Part shown: piece after piece, positions 48,586 through 58,059 of the stretch
How positions within the stretch are numbered: position 1 is the stretch's first letter
Layout: every line of letters starts with the position of its first letter
Assembly (NCBI GenBank): GCA_046760305.1
Contig: JBHIDX010000002.1
Location: forward strand, 6,750 to 70,749
Direction of reading: 5' to 3'
Source: Candidatus Aminicenantales bacterium
GTDB lineage: Bacteria; Acidobacteriota; Aminicenantia; Aminicenantales; Aminicenantaceae
Length of the DNA stretch: 64,000 nt
Notes under the pieces: model-generated
Database searches by the model: none
Told to the model about the DNA's origin: nothing
What the model saw: the letters and a program-made list of their open reading frames with translations, nothing else
Translations under genes and position numbers: made by a program

Positions 48586-48969
48586 TTGATGGCCAGAGAC
48601 GCTGACACTGAGCGCGACTTCAGAGATAAAATTGTAGAAGAAGTGCGGCCCTGGGGGAAGTTCCGTTCTTTCCCTTATAAAGCAGCAAAGAGCATCAAGA
48701 TAATCACCGTTCTCCCCGAAAAGGCTCTCTCTCTCCAGTACCACAACCACCGGGCTGAATTCTGGGTTGTCCTCGACTCAGGCCTGGAAGTAACTTTAGG
48801 AGATAAGGTCTGGAAGCCGCAGCCAGGAGAGGAGATATTCATCCCCACAAAATCTCCCCACAGGCTTCGCTGCTTAGGAAAGACCCAGGCGCGGGTGATG
48901 GAAATATGGCTCGGTGATTCTGACGAATCCGATATTGTCAGGCTTGAAGACGATTTCGGAAGAGCCTAA
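48586..48969 (+). CDS. Cupin domain protein (mannose-6-phosphate isomerase type II C-terminal-like)
   Basis: RPWGKFRSF...LSLQYHNHRAEFWVVLDSG...GEEIFIPTKSPHRL matches the PMI type II cupin signature. Confidence 0.6.
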   Translation: MMARDADTERDFRDKIVEEVRPWGKFRSFPYKAAKSIKIITVLPEKALSLQYHNHRAEFWVVLDSGLEVTLGDKVWKPQPGEEIFIPTKSPHRLRCLGKTQARVMEIWLGDSDESDIVRLEDDFGRA

Positions 48970-48981
48970 TCCCTCTAACTC

Positions 48982-50745
48982 TCACCTGGCTTCTCTGAGG
49001 AGGAAAGCACGCGGATGCTTTACCATAACCTTCTCCAGGAGGTACTCCTCTATTTCCTGGGCTGTCTTCAACACCATGGCCTGCTCAACAACCTCCTCCA
49101 CAAATCCAGAATCAACTGCCCGCAGAACCTGCTTTATCCTAGGAATAAAGATGGGGTTCATGCTGAAACGGCGCATGCCAAACCCGAGAAGGACAAGGGC
49201 CGAGAGTGGATCGGCTGCCATCTCCCCGCAGACTGCGACTTCCTTTCCTGCTTTCTCGGTGGTCTCGATGATGAACTTTATCAGCCTCAGCACCGAGGGA
49301 TGGAGCGGTTTGTAGAGGTAAGAGACAAACTCGTTGGAGCGGTCAACGGCCAGGTAATACTGAATAAGGTCATTGGTGCCGATGCTTACATAATCAACTT
49401 CTTTAACAAGAATGTCAGTAATAGCTGCAGCAGCAGGCACCTCAATCATAATGCCGAGCGGGATATTCTCGTCAAACTCGACCTTTTCCTTGCGCAGCTC
49501 ATCTTTTATTTCTTCAAAGATTAATTTGATCTCCTCTATCTCCTCTACCTCTGTTATCATGGGAATGAGAATTCTGACATTCTTCAGGTAGCTTGCTTTG
49601 AGAATAGCCCTGAGCTGAAGTCTGAAAAGTTCCCTGTTTTTCAAGGAAAATCTGATGGCCCTCAAACCCAGAGCTGGATTTGGTTCTTTTTCAATCTCGA
49701 ACTGAGGCAGGCTTTTCTCTCCCCCGATGTCGATCGTTCTGATGTAGACAGGAGCAGGATGCGCCTCTTTTGCCAGGCGGGAATAAACCGCCAGGTGCTC
49801 CTTTTCGGTCGGAAGTGACTCTTGCTGAAGGTAGAGAAACTCGGAGCGGAACAAGCCAATTCCCTCGGCCCCGAGTGAAAAAGCCAGATTCACCTCCTCG
49901 GGAAGCTCGATATTGGCCAGGGGGAAGAATCTTACTCTGTCGAGGGTGACAGAATTCAGCCTGGCTGTCTTTCTCAGCTCTTTTCGATAGTCATCGTATT
50001 TCTGTTTCTTGGAATAGAATTCCTTCCTTATAGCCGGAGGAGGATTTATGATTACCTCGCCATCAGTTCCGTCGACGATGATAATGTCTCCTGTCTTTAC
50101 CTGCTGGGTAATGTGGCGCAGGCCAACAACTGCCGGGATGTTGAGAGAGCGAGCAAGGATAGCTGTATGAGATGTCTGGCCGCCCATGTCCATAGCCACT
50201 GCCAGCACACTTCCCTGGCTCAATCTCAGAGCTGCCTCAGAGGGCAGGAGTTCGTGGGCAACGATAATTCTCTGCTGAGAGGGAGAAAATATTTTCTGAG
50301 CTCTCATCTCAAGATTCCTGTAAATTCTGGAAAGAACATCAGAAACATCCGACATCCTCTGCCTGAAATATTCGTCCTCCATGGATTCAAAGATTTTCTT
50401 ATACTTATTGTTTATCTGGGAGAGAGCCCACTCAGCTCTAACTCTCTCCTTTTCTATGATACCCACTAGGTTCTGATAAAGAGAGTTGTCAGCGAGTATC
50501 ATCAGATGTGCTTCGAAGATAAAGGAATGCTCTTTGCCCATTTTTTTCTTTATTTCATCTCTTATGTGCACGAGCTGGTTTTTGGTTGCCTTAAACGCTC
50601 TCTCAAGTCTTTTTGTTTCCTCTTCCACCCTGGAGGCAGGAACAGTTTCTTTCCTCGTTGTAAAAGCCACCTTCTGGGTGAGATAGGCTTCACCAATTGC
50701 TATTCCTGGCGAAACACCTATTCCTCTCAGCCGCAGATGTTCCAT
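48982..50745 (-). CDS. ptsI: Phosphoenolpyruvate-protein phosphotransferase (PTS enzyme I)
   Basis: Phospho-His region GGQTSHTAILARSLNIPAVVG and the PEP-utilising C-terminal domain (IGTNDLIQY). Confidence 0.9.
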   Translation of the reverse strand: MEHLRLRGIGVSPGIAIGEAYLTQKVAFTTRKETVPASRVEEETKRLERAFKATKNQLVHIRDEIKKKMGKEHSFIFEAHLMILADNSLYQNLVGIIEKERVRAEWALSQINNKYKKIFESMEDEYFRQRMSDVSDVLSRIYRNLEMRAQKIFSPSQQRIIVAHELLPSEAALRLSQGSVLAVAMDMGGQTSHTAILARSLNIPAVVGLRHITQQVKTGDIIIVDGTDGEVIINPPPAIRKEFYSKKQKYDDYRKELRKTARLNSVTLDRVRFFPLANIELPEEVNLAFSLGAEGIGLFRSEFLYLQQESLPTEKEHLAVYSRLAKEAHPAPVYIRTIDIGGEKSLPQFEIEKEPNPALGLRAIRFSLKNRELFRLQLRAILKASYLKNVRILIPMITEVEEIEEIKLIFEEIKDELRKEKVEFDENIPLGIMIEVPAAAAITDILVKEVDYVSIGTNDLIQYYLAVDRSNEFVSYLYKPLHPSVLRLIKFIIETTEKAGKEVAVCGEMAADPLSALVLLGFGMRRFSMNPIFIPRIKQVLRAVDSGFVEEVVEQAMVLKTAQEIEEYLLEKVMVKHPRAFLLREAR

Positions 50746-50751
50746 CAGTCC

Positions 50752-51021
50752 TTACTCACCTTCCTCAAATTTATCATTTATGAGCTCCACCAACGCCTTG
50801 AGAGCTTCAGCCTCATCTTTCCCTGAAACCCTGAGGGTGATGGTCGTTCCCTGAACAGCAGCCAGGGTGAGAATGCCGAGAATGCTCTTCCCATCGATCT
50901 CGTTAGTGTCCTTGAGAATTTTTACTGAGGAACTGAACCTGTTGGCGAGATTTACAAACTTTACTGCTGCTCTCGCATGAAGTCCCAGTTTATTATTTAT
51001 TTTTATTTCTTTTTCGAGCAT
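50752..51021 (-). CDS. ptsH: Phosphocarrier protein HPr
   Basis: His15 region NKLGLHARAA and the Ser46 regulatory-site region DGKSILGIL. Confidence 0.85.
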   Translation of the reverse strand: MLEKEIKINNKLGLHARAAVKFVNLANRFSSSVKILKDTNEIDGKSILGILTLAAVQGTTITLRVSGKDEAEALKALVELINDKFEEGE

Positions 51022-51040
51022 CCAATTTCAATTTACCCTA

Positions 51041-51442
51041 TTACTTAGAAGAAAGAAGCTCGCTGGCAAGATGGATATTCTTCTTGCCCTGCTCAACAAC
51101 TCTGTGCGCAACTTCCTTGAGGTTATTACTCCTCTGGAGGGAGACAAACTTGATAAGCATGGGAAGATTTACACCTGTGATAATTTCAACTCTGTTGTCC
51201 TTCAAGAAACTGAAGCTGAGGTTTGAAGGAGTACCACCAAACATGTCAGTGAAGATAACGACGCCGTTTTTCTGGTCGAGCCTCTTTAAACTCTGGTTAA
51301 TCTTTTTTTTAGAATCCTCAACATCATCATACCACCCGATTGAAATCGCTTCTATGTTGGGTGCTTCGCCGAGAATGATGGTCAGTGCATTGAGGAGTTC
51401 CTCGGCCAGCTTACCGTGGGAGACGATTAATCCGCCTATCAT
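51041..51442 (-). CDS. PTS EIIA component, mannose/fructose/sorbose family
   Basis: Active-site His within LIVSHGKLAEEL; also TDMFGGTPSN and ITGVNLPMLIK, compared with E. coli ManX IIA. Confidence 0.7.
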   Translation of the reverse strand: MIGGLIVSHGKLAEELLNALTIILGEAPNIEAISIGWYDDVEDSKKKINQSLKRLDQKNGVVIFTDMFGGTPSNLSFSFLKDNRVEIITGVNLPMLIKFVSLQRSNNLKEVAHRVVEQGKKNIHLASELLSSK

Positions 51443-51522
51443 TTCGTTTTATCCCTCTCGTTCTTTCCTCTTTCTTCCAGCAGCCTCCTCCTCTTGTTTC
51501 GAAAACCAGTCCACTATATATC

Positions 51523-52401
51523 TTACTTATAAATATCCCGGTGATAAACCCTTAAATTATATTTTTTATGCCTAAGATACTCCTTCAATTTTTCGGCGAT
51601 AACCACAGACCTGTGCTTGCCTCCTGTGCAGCCGCATGAAATGGTGAGATAGCTCTTTCCTTCCCTTATAAACCGGGGAATCAGATACTCGACAAAGCGG
51701 TTTAACCTCTCCATGAATTTCTTTGCTTCGGGCGTGGAAAAAACATAATCCTTAACCTCTTTACTCCTGCCAGTTTTATCCCTGAGCGACTCCTCATAAA
51801 ATGGGTTGGGAAGGAAGCGGGTGTCAAAGACGAGGTCGGAATCAATCGGTATTCCGTATTTGTAGCCAAAGCTCACCACCGAAATCTTCATCTCCCCCGG
51901 TTTCTTGCTCACAAATTCACGGAGCATGATATCCCGGAGCTGAGGAAGAGTTTTTTCACTGGTGTCAACTACTTCATCGGCCATCTTTTTTATGATTTCC
52001 AACCTCTCTCTTTCGAGGCGAATTCCTTCTCTAACCGACTTTTTTGAGAGGGGATGCGGCCTGCGGCTTTCACTGAACCTTTTGATGAGTGCCTCATCGG
52101 AGGCTTCGAGAAAAATAAGCCTGGGCTTAACTTTTTTTCTTATTTCCTCCCAGACTCTGGGAAACTCAGCCAGAAATCCTGCCTCCCTCATGTCCACCAC
52201 AAGGGCCACCTTGTCCAGCTCAACCTCTCTCTTCATCCAGAGTTCTACAAAAGTAGGGATAAGCTTTGCCGGCAGGTTATCAACACAATAATAGCCTAAA
52301 TCTTCGAGGAAATTGCTGAAGACAGTTTTCCCTGAACCTGATAAACCGGTGATGATGATGAATTTATCGTTTGAACTACCTCTCCCCCTTCTATTCTTCA
52401 T
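51523..52401 (-). CDS. rapZ: RNase adaptor protein RapZ (YhbJ/YvcJ P-loop NTPase)
   Basis: Walker A ITGLSGSGKT, about 290 aa, and the conserved C-terminal ISCGCTGGKHRS. Confidence 0.85.
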   Translation of the reverse strand: MKNRRGRGSSNDKFIIITGLSGSGKTVFSNFLEDLGYYCVDNLPAKLIPTFVELWMKREVELDKVALVVDMREAGFLAEFPRVWEEIRKKVKPRLIFLEASDEALIKRFSESRRPHPLSKKSVREGIRLERERLEIIKKMADEVVDTSEKTLPQLRDIMLREFVSKKPGEMKISVVSFGYKYGIPIDSDLVFDTRFLPNPFYEESLRDKTGRSKEVKDYVFSTPEAKKFMERLNRFVEYLIPRFIREGKSYLTISCGCTGGKHRSVVIAEKLKEYLRHKKYNLRVYHRDIYK

Positions 52402-52958
52402 TGAACCTGAAGGGCCCGGTTGAGCCTTTTTATTATCTCCGTAGAAGCCTTGTAACCTTTTTCTCTGAGGATGTAAACCCGGCAGGCGACTTCAACCAGG
52501 GTGGCAGTGTTACGACCAGGCGCCACCGGAATTATAAAACGGGGAACCTTCTGGCCAAGAATCTCGACATCATGAGGATATTTAAGCCCAATCCTGTCGT
52601 ATTCTTTTCCCTTCCGCCATCTTTTCAGTTCGATAGCGAGGTTAATTTTCGTCTGCTTAAGCAAAACCTTTGGCCCGAATACCTCTTTTATGTTTATGAT
52701 GCCCAGCCCCCTGATCTCCATAAAATTCCGGCTTAAACGCGGAGCAGTTCCAATCAGATGACCTTCAGCATCCCTTTTGACCTCAACCACGTCATCAGAG
52801 ATTAGGCGGTGATTTCTTGATATCAGCTCCAGGGCACACTCGCTCTTCCCTATGCCGCTGTCTCCTGTAATCAACACCCCCAGCCCGAATATCTGAAGAA
52901 GCTCACCGGAAATCCTTACCTCTTCTTTTTTCGGGGAAGAGTTTCCCTGCCCCTTCAT
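52398..52958 (-). CDS. hprK: HPr(Ser) kinase/phosphorylase, short form (C-terminal catalytic domain only)
   Basis: P-loop GDSGIGKSE near the N-terminus and the MEIRGLGII signature. At 186 aa it lacks the ~130-aa N-terminal domain of canonical HprK. Confidence 0.75.
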   Translation of the reverse strand: MKGQGNSSPKKEEVRISGELLQIFGLGVLITGDSGIGKSECALELISRNHRLISDDVVEVKRDAEGHLIGTAPRLSRNFMEIRGLGIINIKEVFGPKVLLKQTKINLAIELKRWRKGKEYDRIGLKYPHDVEILGQKVPRFIIPVAPGRNTATLVEVACRVYILREKGYKASTEIIKRLNRALQVQ

Positions 52959-53416
52959 TTCTCCTCTTCCTCGCGGATAATATCCAAAATCTCGCTCATG
53001 CTCCCTGCTTCGAGTACTCTCTTTAAAAGAGAGGTTGACTTGCGGACGAGGTGGGCAATAGCGGCCAGAATCTGAAGGTTTAAGCTGGGATTTTCGGGGG
53101 AAGAAACGACCAGAAAGAAAAGGTGAGTTGGCTTTCCATCCAGGGAAAAGAAATCAACTCCCTTGCGGGAAATGGCGAGCATGACAATCGGGTTCTTTAC
53201 TTCCTTCATCTTACAGTGGGGAATGGCAGTCCCATCACCGATAGCTGTACTGCCCAGCTTCTCTCTCTGAACGAGTTTCTCGTAAAGCTCCTTATCCTTG
53301 GTAATTCTGTTCTTCTTTTTTAGGTAATTCACCATCTCGCGCAGCACTCCTTCCCTGCTCTCCTGCTCCAAATCAAGGATAACCATATCCTGCATCAGTA
53401 AATTGTGAATCTTCAC
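52955..53416 (-). CDS. ptsN: PTS EIIA-Ntr (nitrogen regulatory IIA, fructose-type fold)
   Basis: Active-site AIGDGTAIPHCK; 153 aa; positioned rpoN-hpf-ptsN as in proteobacteria. Confidence 0.8.
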   Translation of the reverse strand: MKIHNLLMQDMVILDLEQESREGVLREMVNYLKKKNRITKDKELYEKLVQREKLGSTAIGDGTAIPHCKMKEVKNPIVMLAISRKGVDFFSLDGKPTHLFFLVVSSPENPSLNLQILAAIAHLVRKSTSLLKRVLEAGSMSEILDIIREEEEK

Positions 53417-53437
53417 TTGCCTCTCCTAGAAATAAAA

Positions 53438-53962
53438 TTATTCAGGCTCTACCAACCCGATTCTCCCATCCTTTCTTCTGTAAACCACAGCCCACTTCTC
53501 TGAATCAGACTTCCTGAAAAGGAAGACTTCTCTCCTCTCGTACTCGAGCTGAAGGACTGCCTCTTCGACTGTCATCGGCTTGAGAGAATAGTCTTCGCTG
53601 GAGATGATTCTCTCCGGCATCGATCCCGGCGGGGAAGAAGAGTAGGACTCCATTTCTCTATTTTCCTTTCTCCGCTTTTTCTCCCTTGATTTTTCTTTTC
53701 CCTTCTTTGCCCTTTTCTCCAGGTTGTCAAAGGCAGCGTTAAGGGAATTGTACATATCATGCGTCTCTTCCTCGACATTGAGGGTTAATTTTCTCGTTTT
53801 AAGGTTTATCTCCACCTTGGTTCTGTATTTTTCCATTGTGAGCACGATATCCACATCTGTTAAAGGACCTATGAATTTTTCCAGCGATTTTAACCGCTTG
53901 TGGCAGTATTTCTTGATATCAGGTGTGACACTAATCTGGCGGGCAGTGTAGTTTACGTTCAT
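53438..53962 (-). CDS. hpf: Ribosome hibernation promoting factor (long form)
   Basis: N-terminus MNVNYTARQISVTPDIKKYCHKRLKSLEKF plus a C-terminal extension domain. It is immediately downstream of rpoN. Confidence 0.85.
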   Translation of the reverse strand: MNVNYTARQISVTPDIKKYCHKRLKSLEKFIGPLTDVDIVLTMEKYRTKVEINLKTRKLTLNVEEETHDMYNSLNAAFDNLEKRAKKGKEKSREKKRRKENREMESYSSSPPGSMPERIISSEDYSLKPMTVEEAVLQLEYERREVFLFRKSDSEKWAVVYRRKDGRIGLVEPE

Positions 53963-55425
53963 CCCGAGGCCTCCATCATGAACTTCCTCTTTCTGATGTG
54001 CGAGGGAGGAATTTTCAACTGTTTTCTGTACTTAGCCACAGTCCGCCTCGCAATCTTGAAATTCTCCTTAGCTAATATATCACCTATTTCAGTATCACTC
54101 AATGGGTGTTCTTTATCCTCGTTCTCGATGAGCTTCTTAATTTTATCCTTTACTCTTAGTGAAGAGATTTCTTCACCATACTCTCCCTGGAGAGACTTGT
54201 GAAAAAAGTATTTAAGCGAAAACACCCCCCGGGAGGTAACAATATACTTGTTGGCCACCACTCTTCCCACTGTCGATTCATGAACGCCTATCTGCTGGGC
54301 CAGCTCCTGAAGTGTGAGCGGTTTCAGGTATTCAATTCCTTTTTCGAAAAAATCCCTCTGCTTGTCAACAATATACCTGGCTACTCTATAGATTGTATGA
54401 TTTCTCTGCTCGAGGCTGCGGAGAAACCAGAGGGCATTCTTCATTTTATCCCTGAGGAAACGATAAGCTTCTGGGTTTTCCTTGGAGGCTCTGGCAAGAA
54501 GCTTTTTATAATAACTGTTGAGCTTCAGGCGGGGGAGTCCCTCATCGTTGAGAGTAATTTTGTACTCATCTCCTTCCTTGGTGACGATGATATCAGGGAC
54601 AACATAGGTCGTCTTTTCCTGAGCATACTTCCTTCCGGGCGCAGGATCGAGGCCTTTTATGGCCTCGATATGGTACTTAAGCTCGGCCAGAGGAATCCCG
54701 AGCACCTTTGCCAGCTGAGTATAATCAGACTTCTCCAGAAGAGAGAGATGGTTGTTTACAATCTCCCGAGCAATCGTATCTTCAAGCTGCAATTGTTCCA
54801 TCTGAGCAATTAAGGCTTCTTTGAGGTTAAGGCTTGCCACACCAACAGGGTCGAACTTTTTTATTTTCTCTCTCACCTCAGCCACTCTTTCCCGAGGCAC
54901 TTTTAATGAGCTGGCTATCTCCTCTTCACTCAGGGTAAGATAGCCATCCTCATTGATATTTCCGATGATAAAGTGAGCGATCTCGCGCTCTTTCTCATCA
55001 AAAAAGGTTAGGTTTGCCTGCCAGTCCAGGTGGTCCCAGAGAGAAGGACTTCGTGACAGAGTGTTTTCCAGGGAAGGAATCTCTTTTTTCTCGGAAAAGT
55101 AACGCGGAAACCCATCATCAAAATATTCCTGGAAATATGATTCAAACTCCAGCTCATCTTCTTCTTTAATCTCTTCTTTACTATCATCAGTTACTTCCTC
55201 TCTTTCTTCTTTTGGCTCTGGAGAATCTGATTCAGTTCCTTTGGTTGATTCCTTATCAACACTCTCCTCTTCGAGCTCGAGCATTGGATTCTGAGAAAGC
55301 TCATTATCTATAATCTCTATCAGCTCCAGGTTGGTGAGAGGGAGAAGTTTTATCGCCTGCTGGAGTGCTGGGGCAAGGATCAGTTTTTGAACCTGTCTCT
55401 GATCTAACCTCTGTTTGAGAACCAT
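53959..55425 (-). CDS. rpoN: RNA polymerase sigma-54 factor
   Basis: RpoN box ARRTVAKYR near the C-terminus, an acidic region II, and the HTH (ELAQQIGVHESTVGRVVANKYI). Confidence 0.9.
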   Translation of the reverse strand: MVLKQRLDQRQVQKLILAPALQQAIKLLPLTNLELIEIIDNELSQNPMLELEEESVDKESTKGTESDSPEPKEEREEVTDDSKEEIKEEDELEFESYFQEYFDDGFPRYFSEKKEIPSLENTLSRSPSLWDHLDWQANLTFFDEKEREIAHFIIGNINEDGYLTLSEEEIASSLKVPRERVAEVREKIKKFDPVGVASLNLKEALIAQMEQLQLEDTIAREIVNNHLSLLEKSDYTQLAKVLGIPLAELKYHIEAIKGLDPAPGRKYAQEKTTYVVPDIIVTKEGDEYKITLNDEGLPRLKLNSYYKKLLARASKENPEAYRFLRDKMKNALWFLRSLEQRNHTIYRVARYIVDKQRDFFEKGIEYLKPLTLQELAQQIGVHESTVGRVVANKYIVTSRGVFSLKYFFHKSLQGEYGEEISSLRVKDKIKKLIENEDKEHPLSDTEIGDILAKENFKIARRTVAKYRKQLKIPPSHIRKRKFMMEASG

Positions 55426-55449
55426 GATAATCCCTGCATGAGAACCTTT

Positions 55450-56178
55450 TTAAAGGAAATTGAAATTTTCTCCTAAATAACTCTTTCTCACTGCTTCAGA
55501 TGCAGCCAGATCTTCTGGCCTTCCCTCCTGAAAAATCCTGCCCCCACTGATGATGTAAGCTCTATCCACTATCTTCAGCGTTTCCCGTACCCTGTGGTCG
55601 GTGAGCAGGACTCCTATCCCCTTCTTTTTGAGAGAGAGGATAATCTCCTGGATATCCAGGATAGCTATGGGATCAATGCCCGTAAAAGGCTCATCCAGAA
55701 GAAAGAAGTCAGGGTTTGTAATTAAAGCCCGCGCAATCTCCAGCCTCCTCCTCTCACCTCCAGAAAGAGAATAAGCTTTTACACTGGCCAGTTTCTCAAG
55801 CCCCAGCTCTCTCAGAGCTTCTTGAAGATGGACATCGCCTTTTAAATTTCTGTTGCGTAATGCTTCAGCTGCAGCAAGAAGATTCTCCTCTACTGTCAAC
55901 CCCCTGAAAACAGAAGATTCCTGGGGAAGTAGAGTGAGTCCTTTCCTTGCCCTGATGTACATGGAAAGATCAGAGATATCCTCGCCGTTGAGGAAAATAC
56001 TCCCCCTCTCAGCCTGAAGCAAGCCGACTATGAGAGAAAATGTGGTTGTCTTTCCCGCTCCGTTAGGACCGAGGAGACCGACCACCTCCCCTTTCTTCAC
56101 TCTTAGTGATATTCTATCTACTACTTTCTTCCTGCCGAAACTTTTCTCCACTTCTACTGCTTCTAGATAGAAATCCAT
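55450..56178 (-). CDS. lptB: LPS export ABC transporter ATP-binding protein
   Basis: Walker A GPNGAGKTT, the signature LSGGERRRLEIARAL, 242 aa, directly upstream of rpoN. Confidence 0.85.
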   Translation of the reverse strand: MDFYLEAVEVEKSFGRKKVVDRISLRVKKGEVVGLLGPNGAGKTTTFSLIVGLLQAERGSIFLNGEDISDLSMYIRARKGLTLLPQESSVFRGLTVEENLLAAAEALRNRNLKGDVHLQEALRELGLEKLASVKAYSLSGGERRRLEIARALITNPDFFLLDEPFTGIDPIAILDIQEIILSLKKKGIGVLLTDHRVRETLKIVDRAYIISGGRIFQEGRPEDLAASEAVRKSYLGENFNFL

Positions 56179-56181
56179 TTT

Positions 56182-58059
56182 TCACGATTTTATGACTGTG
56201 ACCGTCCTTTCCCGTTGTCTATCTTCAACGACGATTCTACCATCGCCAGGGTAAAAAGTCAATTTACCCCCTCTGGTAGCCGCTCTGCCCTTCTCTTCAA
56301 AAACTGGATTTCCGCTGAATATAAAAGCCTCCCTTTCAGGGTCAAAGCTGACTTGTTCTGCCTTTCCTTCCATTCTCTTCCATTTCAGAGAAACCTCTTT
56401 TTTGGCTGAAAAGGACTCTATTCCTCCTTCCCCCTGGCCGAGAAAAGCGGTAAGAGAGTGTGCCACAATCTCAACCACCCCTGCTTTTAACGATGTTTTG
56501 CCTTCGAATGAAACACTCCTTGACTGGGGTTCATACTTCATCTGTCCGGAAGTAACCTCTATCTTCTCCTCTCCCTTCCCACCTGCGAGCTTGCGCATAA
56601 ATACTGCCCTAACTCTACCCTGACATATCATCTCTCCACTTCTCTCATCAAGGCTGAGCTCATCTCCAACCAGGATCCAGGATTCCTGCCAGAGTCTGAC
56701 TCCTTTCTCAAAAAGAAAACGTCTCTCGCTGCTCTGAAATCTCATCCTTCCACAGAAGACAAAGAGGGGAGTTTCAGCCGAGAAATAGCCGGGCTTTTCC
56801 TCTTCAGCCAGTTTCTGGAAATTAAGCCTCACTCCTCCGCTCGCCTCAAGATCTTCACTCCCGAGAGAAAGGATTATCCTCTCGGCAGTCATCTCGCTCT
56901 GCTCAGAAACAAAACGTGCCTCATGTGAATTGCTTCCTTTGAGAGTAATCGTTCCTTCCTCTCTTTCGAGCTCAACCTCATACCCTTCTAAAAATCTACT
57001 CTTTCCCTCCTCATGAACGACAGCCTTCACCTCTTCGGTGGCGGTGAACTTCTCAACTTCTCCTCCAGCTGAAAAAATAAAAGAAAATTTTCCTCCTTTT
57101 ACTTCATAAAAATTACCGAACTCATCATAAGCCCTGAATCTACAATTTCCAGAGGCGTCCGCAAGAGAGATGCCTGAGATACCTTCCTCAAAAGAAAGCA
57201 GCAACTCGTCAGCTTCAACCTCTTTTTTTCCCAGGGCCTGATAAAATATCTCGCTTCTCCGGGCCTCTCCTCTTCTGGCCTCAAGAGAGGCGCTGACTTT
57301 CCCTTGAAAAATAATTCTTTCCACATCTTCCTCATCTGGGGAAAGAAAAAATTTCATCCTCGAAGCACGAGCACTGTTTTCCCTCTGCTTGAGAATAACT
57401 TTTCCCCAGGCTTCTCCTGCTTTCTGTCTCCTGCTGTAATCCAGCCTCTCCGCTCTAACAACCAGGGGGGAGGCGCCTTGTGATGGGGGAAGTTCAAGGC
57501 GAATATTACGACTCAAGCGCAGTAATTCGGTTCTCAAAGAATAGGACATTATCGAAGCTTTTCCCTTCAGTTTTTGCGACTCAAAAACCACTCCATGCCT
57601 GGAAGTGAACAGCTCCCTCGGCCGGTGGTACTCAAAGCCGGAGGAGGACATTTTAAAACCTCTGTATCTTACCTCTGATTTCCCCTCCATGGAGAAATGG
57701 AGCATGTCTTTGTCATAGACCACTTTCTCTGCCTTGAAAAAGACATTTTCACTCTCCACTTTTCCGTAGTCGATAACCTCAACTCCGCCCTCAAGATGAT
57801 ATCTGCCGTCTTGGCCGAGGTAATGTTTTTTTGCCTTGAGGGAGAAATTTCCCCTCTCTCCCTCTAACTCCAGGTGAAATAGGTCCTCGACTCTCTCAAC
57901 TTTCTGTTCCGGCAATTCTTCAACTATGGTTTTTACTTCAGACTTTTTTAGGGAGCGGAAAATAAAATGGATGATAATCAACACCATGAAGAGAGAGAGT
58001 ACGACAACCACTCCTGCCCTGACTCTCTTGGCTGGATTGAGGCTTTTCTTCCTTCTCAT
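56182..58059 (-). CDS. Large membrane-anchored periplasmic protein, LptC/LptA (OstA-N)-like by position and C-terminal motif
   Basis: N-terminal transmembrane helix (VVVVLSLFMVLIIIHFIF). The C-terminus FSGNPVFEEKGRAATRGGKLTFYPGDGRIVVE resembles the LptA/OstA-N beta-jellyroll motif. It occupies the lptC-lptA position upstream of lptB but is 625 aa. Confidence 0.4.
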   Translation of the reverse strand: MRRKKSLNPAKRVRAGVVVVLSLFMVLIIIHFIFRSLKKSEVKTIVEELPEQKVERVEDLFHLELEGERGNFSLKAKKHYLGQDGRYHLEGGVEVIDYGKVESENVFFKAEKVVYDKDMLHFSMEGKSEVRYRGFKMSSSGFEYHRPRELFTSRHGVVFESQKLKGKASIMSYSLRTELLRLSRNIRLELPPSQGASPLVVRAERLDYSRRQKAGEAWGKVILKQRENSARASRMKFFLSPDEEDVERIIFQGKVSASLEARRGEARRSEIFYQALGKKEVEADELLLSFEEGISGISLADASGNCRFRAYDEFGNFYEVKGGKFSFIFSAGGEVEKFTATEEVKAVVHEEGKSRFLEGYEVELEREEGTITLKGSNSHEARFVSEQSEMTAERIILSLGSEDLEASGGVRLNFQKLAEEEKPGYFSAETPLFVFCGRMRFQSSERRFLFEKGVRLWQESWILVGDELSLDERSGEMICQGRVRAVFMRKLAGGKGEEKIEVTSGQMKYEPQSRSVSFEGKTSLKAGVVEIVAHSLTAFLGQGEGGIESFSAKKEVSLKWKRMEGKAEQVSFDPEREAFIFSGNPVFEEKGRAATRGGKLTFYPGDGRIVVEDRQRERTVTVIKS

